Of a stretch of 64,000 nt of DNA, positions 18,506-27,013 are shown piece by piece. The notes beneath the pieces were generated by a model. That model had not been told where the DNA came from, made no database searches, and saw nothing but the letters and a program-made list of their open reading frames with translations. The stretch covers positions 64,001 to 128,000 of the forward strand of contig JAZUQR010000021.1 in the NCBI GenBank assembly GCA_045605805.1, given 5' to 3'. Source of the stretch: Alphaproteobacteria bacterium. GTDB taxonomy: Bacteria; Pseudomonadota; Alphaproteobacteria; CAAHEQ01; UBA3637. Position numbers and translations under genes: made by a program. Each line of letters opens with the position of its first letter. Position 1 is the first letter of the stretch.

Positions 18506-19039
18506 TTATCGCTGAATCATCTCATCTAATTGTTCTTTGGATACCCCATTACTATAAAAGATGTTTTCCAAAGCACTGACCCTATGTTTAAGTGTGGCAA
18601 GTTCTGTCTCTAACTTTTGAACACGCATAGTTAGTTCCTGATTAGATAGGACTAAATCAGTCCGTTCATTGACTAATTGTTCATTACGGTCAGTTTCTTG
18701 TGATAATTGGTCATTCAGGTATTTGTTATCTCGCTCAAAGTTATCTCTGTCCTCTTTTAATATCTTCTTATCCAAGTTCCGCATGTCTTCAAAGAGTGGT
18801 TTGTATTCCTGACCTGTTAGGGATAGTATTCTCCTTCCCATTTTATCAATTTCTTTATAAAGGTATCCATCCCTTATCAAGTCATTTACAAATGTCTTGG
18901 CAGTGCTTTCGGTTAGATCTAATCCTTTAGCAATATATTCGTTGCTGGCAAAGAACTGATGCCCATTTTGCGTTTTATATTTTACAAAGTCCAACAAGAC
19001 CCGTTTTGTGATGGACAAATCTGATTTACTTTTACTCAT
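18506..19039 (-). CDS. Winged-HTH + coiled-coil protein, putative replication initiator
   Basis: FFASNEYIAKGLDLTESTAKTFVNDLIRDGYL resembles the wHTH of phage replisome organisers; next to an iteron array. Confidence 0.6.
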   Translation of the reverse strand: MSKSKSDLSITKRVLLDFVKYKTQNGHQFFASNEYIAKGLDLTESTAKTFVNDLIRDGYLYKEIDKMGRRILSLTGQEYKPLFEDMRNLDKKILKEDRDNFERDNKYLNDQLSQETDRNEQLVNERTDLVLSNQELTMRVQKLETELATLKHRVSALENIFYSNGVSKEQLDEMIQR

Positions 19040-19225
19040 AAAAACTCCTTAAATTGATTTTCAGCAATTCCGCACTAAACTCGCAATTTATCAAAGGCAT
19101 TTGATATTGCTCGTGTAAGTGCTCATTGATAACTTTGAAAAAACAATCAGAGCAATGATTGTTTTATTCTTTGTTATTTATCCGCCCGAAGATGGATTTC
19201 ACCATTTTTCAAAAAAAATCTTCAC

Positions 19226-19372
19226 GGTGACCGTTATGTTCGGTTTTTGAGGGGGTGATGACCGTTATGTTCGGGTTTGGCATTTTGGGTGACCGTTATG
19301 TTCAGGGGTGATAACTGTTATCCCCACTACTGAAGACCGTTATGTTCGGTAGTGGTGACCGTTATGTTCGGT
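19226..19372. repeat. Iteron-like array GACCGTTATGTTC x5 (+1 degenerate)
   Basis: Cores at 19229, 19260, 19291, (19313), 19335, 19357; followed by an AT-rich tract. Confidence 0.85.
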
Positions 19373-19632
19373 GCTTTTTCATGAAACTCAATACTGACGG
19401 GGGTTACAGAGGTGTTTTTTAGTCCTATAATATAATTATAATAGAAATAAAATAGAATCTATTATATAAGGGAATTTACAATAGATTTCTTTTTTCTGTG
19501 ATTAAAATATAGGCCTTTTAACTAATTGGGAATATCAGTCAGGGAAAATAATAGAGGCAACTGCCTGATGCCATCACACAGAAAGAAAACAAAGTTGGTA
19601 GCCGCCTTTTGGCGAGCGGGTGGCTGGTTTGC

Positions 19633-19661
19633 TTGACTTTGATATGAGTTTTTGCTACACT
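19633..19661 (+). promoter_or_regulatory. Sigma70-type promoter of the nuclease operon
   Basis: TTGACT-17 nt-TACACT. Confidence 0.6.
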
Positions 19662-19694
19662 ATATTTCAATAAACAAATGGTATAGGGCATCCC

Positions 19695-20846
19695 ATGGAT
19701 AATACTACGATTTCATTCCCTTACAATAAAAGAAATACAGGATTTCATTCTGGTTGCGGATACGAATATCAGCGATATGCTTTTTTATGGGCCTGTACAA
19801 AATTAAAAAAAGATAATTATGTCACTTTTGAGCGTATTGAAGATATTGAATTTGGAACTGTGAGCACTGATTCCCTGCATATTATCATACAAGTAAAAGA
19901 AGTGGGAAGCTCTATTCAATTAAAAGAATTATTACCAGAAATTGAAAAAGCTTGGCAATATCTGATTGATTCAGAAAAAACTACTAATTTTTGGTACATT
20001 ACTACGCAATCAGTAAAATTAGAAACTCCGCCTTTATGTGCTAATTCACCACAAAAGAGTGGCATAGAAATTTGGAACAACCCAGCAAATAAACAGGAAT
20101 TTCAAGCTTTAATAAATTTTTTATCACAGACAACATCACAATCGCTTAAAGATTTTTTAAAAAGAGAACAAAATACGCCCAATGCAATACGAGATTCATT
20201 AGTTTCTAACATAACTTTCTGGGATAAAACCCCATATTTGGAGGAACTTAATAGAAAAATTGAAGCATCATTAACAAATTTTTTAGAACAAAATGGTTAC
20301 CAATACCCCAACATTTCAGCTTTGGCTGCGGTATTAAAAAGGGAGATAGACATTTTGATGGATAATGTCCACAAAGGACATGGAAAAGAATTCAAATTAT
20401 TTTATTCTGATTTTCAGAATTTAGTCCGTAAAAATATAAATTTACCCAATTCATATACACAAACCAATATAGACGATTCAACGTCTATTAACATAGGAAA
20501 TAGAAGCTTTGGCAATAGATTAGTTGAAACAATACAAAACTTGTTTAAAAATGAACAAAAAATTATTGATACAGTAAAAAAACTTGATACTATTTCTTCT
20601 GCAGAAGAATATTGTCAAGAAGTTGCGGTTTTGCTTTCAGAAGCAATACGGATACGCACGCATAAAACTCTTGATGTACATTTAAAAAGCATAAATGATC
20701 TTAATCAACAAGAATATAGTTGTTTTGTTTTTGCGGATCAATTGATTTGTGCTTTACAAAAAGGGAATATGGATAGAGGTATTGCGGAAAAACAAGCCAT
20801 CAAGTTGATAACGCAATTACAAATTTTTTACAACAGGAGCGAATAA
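19695..20846 (+). CDS. Protein with N-terminal Cap4/DUF4297-like PD-(D/E)xK nuclease domain
   Basis: GYEYQ...FERIEDIEF...IIQVKE motif series. Confidence 0.7.
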   Translation: MDNTTISFPYNKRNTGFHSGCGYEYQRYAFLWACTKLKKDNYVTFERIEDIEFGTVSTDSLHIIIQVKEVGSSIQLKELLPEIEKAWQYLIDSEKTTNFWYITTQSVKLETPPLCANSPQKSGIEIWNNPANKQEFQALINFLSQTTSQSLKDFLKREQNTPNAIRDSLVSNITFWDKTPYLEELNRKIEASLTNFLEQNGYQYPNISALAAVLKREIDILMDNVHKGHGKEFKLFYSDFQNLVRKNINLPNSYTQTNIDDSTSINIGNRSFGNRLVETIQNLFKNEQKIIDTVKKLDTISSAEEYCQEVAVLLSEAIRIRTHKTLDVHLKSINDLNQQEYSCFVFADQLICALQKGNMDRGIAEKQAIKLITQLQIFYNRSE

Positions 20847-20847
20847 C

Positions 20848-23754
20848 ATGACATTTTTAGAACTAAAACAACAAATAGATGCGGCTCTAATGAACAATAA
20901 TATTGAAAGCAATCTCGATAGATTGTTACCAGAATTAAAGCTACCTAAAAATGAACAATTGTTTTATTACCTGTTTCAAGTGGTTAAGAATACAGAATTG
21001 TTTGAGTATTTTAGAGAAAATAATTTGCTTTCACCAATACAATACGGAAATGATGAGCAACGCTGTATAAGTTGGCCAGCCTTGCCATATTTACAAAGTA
21101 TAGTAACGGAAAAAGAAACTGAAGTAGCCGATTTAATCAGCTCTTTACCATTCCACAAGGACCTCAAAATAGATCATTTGGTCTTAAGTGGTCTTTTACA
21201 GCTAGCCCTAAATTTTCAACACAAAGAAAATTTACTAAAAATTTGTAATAAACTTATAAACATTTTAAATCAAGGGATAGAACTTCCTTCATATTTTAAT
21301 GCCGATGTTTTTATTGACTTCATAATCAAACTCAAAACTTTAAAATGCATTCATAATGCATTTAAATTGCTGGAAGCATTATTAACGCTTAAACTTGTCC
21401 CAGATCAATTATTTGCTTCTAAACAACCTGAGTATAACGCAATTCCTCGGTTTCAGAATAGCAAAGAAACTGGAGAAAATCATTTTTACCATACACTCAC
21501 TGAAAAGAGTGCATCCACAACTAAGAATCAAAAAGATATTTTATCACTATTCAAGATATATTATAAAGTTCTAGACAATGTATTATGTACAAAAACATTG
21601 ACTAGTACTGATCGTGAGATGTTAAATTGGCGTATCTGTTTTAGAAGACCTGCAATTGAGGATGATCCACAAAATATTAATGCAGAAGAACCTATTTCTA
21701 ATATAATTGATGTGATACGGGATTTATCCGCTAAAATCATGCAATATAATTCCAAGAACACACAGATGACAGTAATCAATTTGCTGAAAAAAGGACATGG
21801 AGATATCTTTAAGAGAATTTTATTATATCTAGCCCACCGTTTTCCAAGTAAATTAAAAAAATATATTGCAGATATATTGCCCAACAAAACTTACTTTACG
21901 GGCACAAAACTTGCTACGAATGTGTATCATGAATATTATCAATTGCTACAACAGGAATTCCAGAACCTATCCAAACAAAAACAGAATCTAATTATAGGAT
22001 ATATATTAGAAGGTCCTGAAAAAGATTCCGATATGACAACGGATCAAATAGAATATTGGAAATTTAAAAAATTGCACTCTATTCACAAAGGGTTACCCGC
22101 TGGTATACAACAATATTATGACACTTTAGAACGAAAATTTAAGGATAAAATAGAACATCCTGAATTTTTACATTATATGTCTTCGTTTGTTGGTTATCCA
22201 ACTCCAAAGACAGAGGAAGAACTATCGACAATGTCTATTGAACAAATTGTGGACTTTATGAAAACTTGGAAACCTGAAGACAAAGGTATTCGTTCTCCCG
22301 ATAGAAGCGGTCTAAGTGATGTATTAGCAAAAGATATACGTAAAAGACCTCAGGAATATATAAAGCATCTTCATTTATTTAAAGATGTGAACGAACCAAC
22401 TTACATTAGCACACTATTGAATACGCTTTGGAACACAAATCAAATTATGCCTAATTTTATTGAAATTTGTGAAGTGATTAAATGGGCATTAACAAAAAAG
22501 AAAGAAAAATTTGAAGATAGAGAGAGTATCTTTGATGGAGACAGGGATTGGCATCAGGTGTACAGAGCTGCTATGAATATCTTTGTCCATTATTTCCATA
22601 ATCTTACAGGGAAAGAAACTCTATCACAGGATGATATAAACAATATTAAAGATGCCTATAGTATTATTCAAGAAATAACGCTTATGGAGGATTCTTGGTT
22701 AAAAAAGCAACAGATGTCATCTAAAGAACCTCCAATTGAGCACTATCAAAGGGCTATTAACTCTTTGCATGGTGATGCAATGACTGCTTTATTCCAGTAT
22801 GGAATGTGGCAAAATAGAGCAAATTTACATTTAAATGATGTTCCAACACATTTGGAAAAGGTTTTAACAGATAATCATTATCCAGAAACTTATGCTGTCA
22901 TAGGCCGACATTTACCTTGGATAAAATCTATGAATGAAGAATGGTTTGCAGCTAATTTGGATAAACTCTTACCAGAAGATAATAATGAAACTTTTGATGT
23001 AACATGGTTGTGTTATGTACATTTTGTAGCTCCCTATAGTGACATGTATGATATTTTAAAACAAAAATTCACTTATGCTTTAAATAGAAACTATAAAAAG
23101 ACAGAAGATAACACAGAAAATGGTGGAACGGCCGCTCACCTAGCAATGTATTATGGGCGAGGAACGATTGCTTTGGAAGATCCAATCTTTGATATATTGC
23201 TTCCTCAACAACAAGAGACATTTGAAGGAGTTTCTTTGCTAAGCTACATTGGTAGATCTTTACGTGATGAGGCTAATAAGAACTTAGAACCAATTTATTA
23301 TGAAAGATTCAAAAATCTATGGGGGAAATATAGAGCTACTATTGCCGAAAACGAGCAAAACCATAAGGATGGCCTTAAATCTTTTGGACACTGGTATACT
23401 TCGGGCGTTTTTGATCAAAAGTGGGCTTTAAATCAACTACATGATATTGTTTGTACACATAATATTATCCCTACAACCTATGGGTTAATTGATCAATTGA
23501 TTGTAGATGTAGATTGTGATGCCCTAAAATCTATAGAGATTGTGGAAAAATTGGTAACGCAATCGGATAGAGATTTTCTTGATATCACCATAACAGATTT
23601 AGAAAACTTGTTTAATAAAATAAATGAGAAAGAATCAGCTGATATTAAAGCAAAAGCATTAACAATCTTGGAAAATATTATTAACAGTAAAAATAATCTA
23701 GAAATATGTTCAAGATTAGAACCTATAGTTAATTCTCTTAAGGCAAAGTTATAA
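20848..23754 (+). CDS. Large predicted alpha-helical hypothetical protein (putative defence sensor/scaffold)
   Basis: 968-aa ORF starting 1 nt after the upstream stop; amphipathic helices; no Walker A, signal peptide or TM segment seen. Confidence 0.7.
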   Translation: MTFLELKQQIDAALMNNNIESNLDRLLPELKLPKNEQLFYYLFQVVKNTELFEYFRENNLLSPIQYGNDEQRCISWPALPYLQSIVTEKETEVADLISSLPFHKDLKIDHLVLSGLLQLALNFQHKENLLKICNKLINILNQGIELPSYFNADVFIDFIIKLKTLKCIHNAFKLLEALLTLKLVPDQLFASKQPEYNAIPRFQNSKETGENHFYHTLTEKSASTTKNQKDILSLFKIYYKVLDNVLCTKTLTSTDREMLNWRICFRRPAIEDDPQNINAEEPISNIIDVIRDLSAKIMQYNSKNTQMTVINLLKKGHGDIFKRILLYLAHRFPSKLKKYIADILPNKTYFTGTKLATNVYHEYYQLLQQEFQNLSKQKQNLIIGYILEGPEKDSDMTTDQIEYWKFKKLHSIHKGLPAGIQQYYDTLERKFKDKIEHPEFLHYMSSFVGYPTPKTEEELSTMSIEQIVDFMKTWKPEDKGIRSPDRSGLSDVLAKDIRKRPQEYIKHLHLFKDVNEPTYISTLLNTLWNTNQIMPNFIEICEVIKWALTKKKEKFEDRESIFDGDRDWHQVYRAAMNIFVHYFHNLTGKETLSQDDINNIKDAYSIIQEITLMEDSWLKKQQMSSKEPPIEHYQRAINSLHGDAMTALFQYGMWQNRANLHLNDVPTHLEKVLTDNHYPETYAVIGRHLPWIKSMNEEWFAANLDKLLPEDNNETFDVTWLCYVHFVAPYSDMYDILKQKFTYALNRNYKKTEDNTENGGTAAHLAMYYGRGTIALEDPIFDILLPQQQETFEGVSLLSYIGRSLRDEANKNLEPIYYERFKNLWGKYRATIAENEQNHKDGLKSFGHWYTSGVFDQKWALNQLHDIVCTHNIIPTTYGLIDQLIVDVDCDALKSIEIVEKLVTQSDRDFLDITITDLENLFNKINEKESADIKAKALTILENIINSKNNLEICSRLEPIVNSLKAKL

Positions 23755-23761
23755 GTTCAAA

Positions 23762-24535
23762 ATGACAAAAGGTATCTGTAAGTATTGTGGCAAGGAAAAG
23801 GAACTCATTAATTCGCACATAATTCCTAAAAGTTTGTGCCAAACGGACAAGTTTGGCCCTATGGTTGGTGTAGATTCTGTTTCTAAACGGTTTGATCATA
23901 ATCCAAAACACCAAAGCGGGCAAAAAGAACCTTTGTTATGTAAAGAATGTGATAATTTAATTGGTAAGCTAGATAATTACGCTAGTAAAGTATTTAAGCA
24001 AATTATACCCAAACACAAATGGGATATTGTTAATGGTTATCTCTTATGCAAATTACTTCCTGAAGAAGTAGATTATTGGACATTAAAAAAGTTTTTAATT
24101 TCTCTAATGTGGCGGGCATCTGTTGATTCAAGCGATATACATCTTGGTAAATATGAAGATATTGCTTTAAAAATGATAAAAGATGAACTGCAAGACGATC
24201 CAAACCTTTTTGTCCCATTAATATACGCTTCAAGGACGCAGACACCATTAGACTTTGCAAATGGAATATTCGGTAGCAAAACACGGGGAAAACACATATA
24301 TATTATTCACTTTCCTCATTATAAAATTACTATCATTCCATGCATAGAGCATTCTACAAATCCAAGAGAAATGGAATCATTTAAAGCATTTTTCAATCCA
24401 AAGCACATTATTATTCAAACCAATTTCTTACCGACAGATGATGATCACCATCCCCTTGAAGTTTTAGAAGGATGCAAAAAAAATGAATTAAAAAATAAGA
24501 AAAAGAATAATAAATCAAATTTCTTTATTCTCTAA
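23762..24535 (+). CDS. HNH-like zinc-binding endonuclease domain protein
   Basis: CKYC...SHIIPKS...LLCKECDN motif. Confidence 0.65.
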   Translation: MTKGICKYCGKEKELINSHIIPKSLCQTDKFGPMVGVDSVSKRFDHNPKHQSGQKEPLLCKECDNLIGKLDNYASKVFKQIIPKHKWDIVNGYLLCKLLPEEVDYWTLKKFLISLMWRASVDSSDIHLGKYEDIALKMIKDELQDDPNLFVPLIYASRTQTPLDFANGIFGSKTRGKHIYIIHFPHYKITIIPCIEHSTNPREMESFKAFFNPKHIIIQTNFLPTDDDHHPLEVLEGCKKNELKNKKKNNKSNFFIL

Positions 24536-25111
24536 AAACTTATACAAAGTTCCTTTACTAACCTTCATAATTTTGGCAATTTGGTTTTTACTCACGCCTT
24601 TCGCCAACAACTTGCTTATTTTGTTGCGATTTTTAGATAACTTTAAGGCCCGAGAACGAGCACCAACGGGTCTCCCCAATTTTTTACCACTAGCCTTTAA
24701 GCGTGCCAAACTTTCCTTTACTCTTTCCTGTAATAAGGATTTAGATAACTCAGCAGATAGTCCAAAGGCAAATGCCAACACCTTGCTTTGAATATCAGCT
24801 CCCAAGCGGAAGTTTTCTTTCAATGTCCATATCTGACATTCCTTTTCTAAACACATTTGAAGAATATTCATCACTTCTAACAAACTACGCCCAAGGCGGG
24901 AAATCTCGGTTGTGATGAGAATATCTCCACCTTTCAGGTTGTTTAGTAATCGTCCCAATTGTCTTTCCTTTAATTTCTTGCTGCTGGAAATTTTTTCTTC
25001 CACCCAAGTATCTATATGTAAATTATTTGCTTTTGCGAAATTTTCTATCGCAAAGTGTTGATTTTCTTCATTTTGATGAGCTGTTGAAACTCTGCAATAC
25101 CCATAAATCAT
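24515..25111 (-). CDS. Serine recombinase (invertase/resolvase, Mpi-like)
   Basis: IYGYCRVST catalytic Ser, EISRLGRS, GKKLGRP, C-terminal HTH; AAGGAG RBS before 25111. Confidence 0.92.
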   Translation of the reverse strand: MIYGYCRVSTAHQNEENQHFAIENFAKANNLHIDTWVEEKISSSKKLKERQLGRLLNNLKGGDILITTEISRLGRSLLEVMNILQMCLEKECQIWTLKENFRLGADIQSKVLAFAFGLSAELSKSLLQERVKESLARLKASGKKLGRPVGARSRALKLSKNRNKISKLLAKGVSKNQIAKIMKVSKGTLYKFLENKEI

Positions 25112-25150
25112 TTGAACTCCTTTTATATTGTTTGACATACATATTTATCG

Positions 25151-25304
25151 GTTCAGTTTTAACCAAGGTTAAAAGTCAACTACTTTTTTGTATTTTTTAA
25201 TAAATTCGTTTAAAAGGTAAAAACTCTATAAATATCAATGAAATATCCCATATTTACTATACCACATAAATTCATCGGTCACTTAACCTTGGTTTTTATA
25301 CAAT
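25151..25304. repeat. Pair of inverted hix-like sites (AACC-AA-GGTT core)
   Basis: GTTCAGTTTTAACC-AA-GGTTAAAAGTCAAC at 25151-25180; TTAACC-TT-GGTT at 25283-25294 is the exact reverse complement of 25161-25172. Confidence 0.6.
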
Positions 25305-25575
25305 GTCCGCATACAAAAACACAGTAAGGGAAGATATGACTGAAAAAGAGTTTCTAAAAATTGTTGGGACAAACATAGCTTATTATCGCAAGTTGGCGGG
25401 CTACTCACAAAAAGAATTTGCGAAACGGTCTGGTTTAAAACTGGTAACCATTGGATCACTGGAGTGTGGTATGGCTGGAACAACAATTAAAACTCTTAAG
25501 AAAATTTCTGATTCTTTAAATATTTTGCCTGAATACTTGATAAAAATCCCCGAAGGAAGGAGAAAAAGTTTATGA
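25303..25575 (+). CDS. XRE-family HTH transcriptional regulator
   Basis: VGTNIAYYRKLAGYSQKEFA...IGSLECG...IKTLKKISDSL; true start may be 25336. Confidence 0.88.
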   Translation: MSAYKNTVREDMTEKEFLKIVGTNIAYYRKLAGYSQKEFAKRSGLKLVTIGSLECGMAGTTIKTLKKISDSLNILPEYLIKIPEGRRKSL

Positions 25576-26042
25576 AAAAGAGAAAAGTGAACATTTTGGA
25601 ATTATTAAATCAATTTCTACACATTATTCCTATTTTTGGAATGCTGATGGGGTATTGTCTTTTACCGTTTTTAAAACCTGAAACAAAGTTTGCATATGTT
25701 ATATCTGCATATACAATCGTTTCTACTAGCTTTATTTTTATTGGAGAACTGATTGATTGGTATTATGAAACAAAAAGATACAGAAAACTACCTGATGATG
25801 TCATAAAATATCTAAAATTATATCCTGCGGTAGTTCCCTTATATTATGTTGCTTTATCTTTAATTTTTGTCCCTGTTATTTTATTTGCTCTTTTTAACTA
25901 CTGGACAAACTGTCCTATTCACTGGTGTTCACTAATTGTTTCATTTCTATCCGCAGCAACTGTTTTTACTTATTTAGATGATTATGTTCGTGAGGAAAAT
26001 GAGGATTTTTGTGATGAATTTTTTTATTGGGGGAATTTTTAA
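25572..26042 (+). CDS. Four-TM hypothetical membrane protein
   Basis: Four hydrophobic segments; ATGA overlap with the XRE gene. Confidence 0.7.
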   Translation: MKKRKVNILELLNQFLHIIPIFGMLMGYCLLPFLKPETKFAYVISAYTIVSTSFIFIGELIDWYYETKRYRKLPDDVIKYLKLYPAVVPLYYVALSLIFVPVILFALFNYWTNCPIHWCSLIVSFLSAATVFTYLDDYVREENEDFCDEFFYWGNF

Positions 26043-26998
26043 TGAATCAATCCTGCCCCCAAATATCTATTATCATACCTGTATACAATGTTGAGCAATA
26101 CTTACCTGATTGTTTGGAATCAGTATTGGCACAAACATTTACGGACTTTGAGGTTATATGTGTAAATGATGGCAGTCCAGATGGGTGTAGCAAGATTCTT
26201 GATAAATTCGCAGCTAAAGACAAAAGGATTAAAATAATTACACAAGAGAATCAAGGGCTTTCAATGGCACGGAACAATGGGCTAAAAGAAGCAATTGGTG
26301 AATACATATTCTTTTTAGATTCAGATGATTATGTACATCCCCAACTGTTGGAGATTTGTTATACCCTTGCTCAAAAAGAAGTAGCTGACATGGTAAGCTT
26401 TAATTTTCAAAAGGTTGAACTTGGAGATTTTATATCACATCGTCAGTACGATATAAACAATCTGGAATACACGATAACAAATAACCCTCTTTATTATCAA
26501 AAAAAACGCCATAAGCATAAGATTTCTGTCAATTCATGGTCAAAATTATTTAAAAAGGATCTTATTCATGATTTAACATTTATTCCAGAGATAACAAGTG
26601 AAGATTATCCACACACATATGCTGTACTTGCACACCATCCAAGAACAGTAATTTTAGATATCCCTCTATACTATTATATGCATAATCCGAATTCTATTAC
26701 CTTAACAGATATAACCGTAAGAAAAATACAAGATTTTCAATCTGGACTAAACTCTCTTATAGATATCTATAGCAAAGCATCCAAAAAGGAAAGACGCTTT
26801 GTGAGACATGAATTGTTCCCCAACATATTAAAACAGGAATTAAATAGGATTCAAAGGGCGCCAAACGAAAAGCAACCTGAGCTATATGCCGCTTTTGCAG
26901 AGGAACTAAGTGATTTGAATTCAAAAGGTTGGTTAAAACCTTGGGGGCATAAAATCAGCAGATATTTTAAATATAGAAAGCTAATTAAGAAATATTAA
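26042..26998 (+). CDS. Glycosyltransferase family 2
   Basis: ISIIIPVYNVEQYL..CLES, VNDGSPD, FLDSDD, SED. Confidence 0.93.
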   Translation: MNQSCPQISIIIPVYNVEQYLPDCLESVLAQTFTDFEVICVNDGSPDGCSKILDKFAAKDKRIKIITQENQGLSMARNNGLKEAIGEYIFFLDSDDYVHPQLLEICYTLAQKEVADMVSFNFQKVELGDFISHRQYDINNLEYTITNNPLYYQKKRHKHKISVNSWSKLFKKDLIHDLTFIPEITSEDYPHTYAVLAHHPRTVILDIPLYYYMHNPNSITLTDITVRKIQDFQSGLNSLIDIYSKASKKERRFVRHELFPNILKQELNRIQRAPNEKQPELYAAFAEELSDLNSKGWLKPWGHKISRYFKYRKLIKKY

Positions 26999-27013
26999 TT
27001 CATAGGAGATAAA

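Noticed and set aside
19226-19372. CRISPR array
   Set aside because: Repeats are only 13-19 bp with short irregular gaps and no cas genes; fits iterons better.
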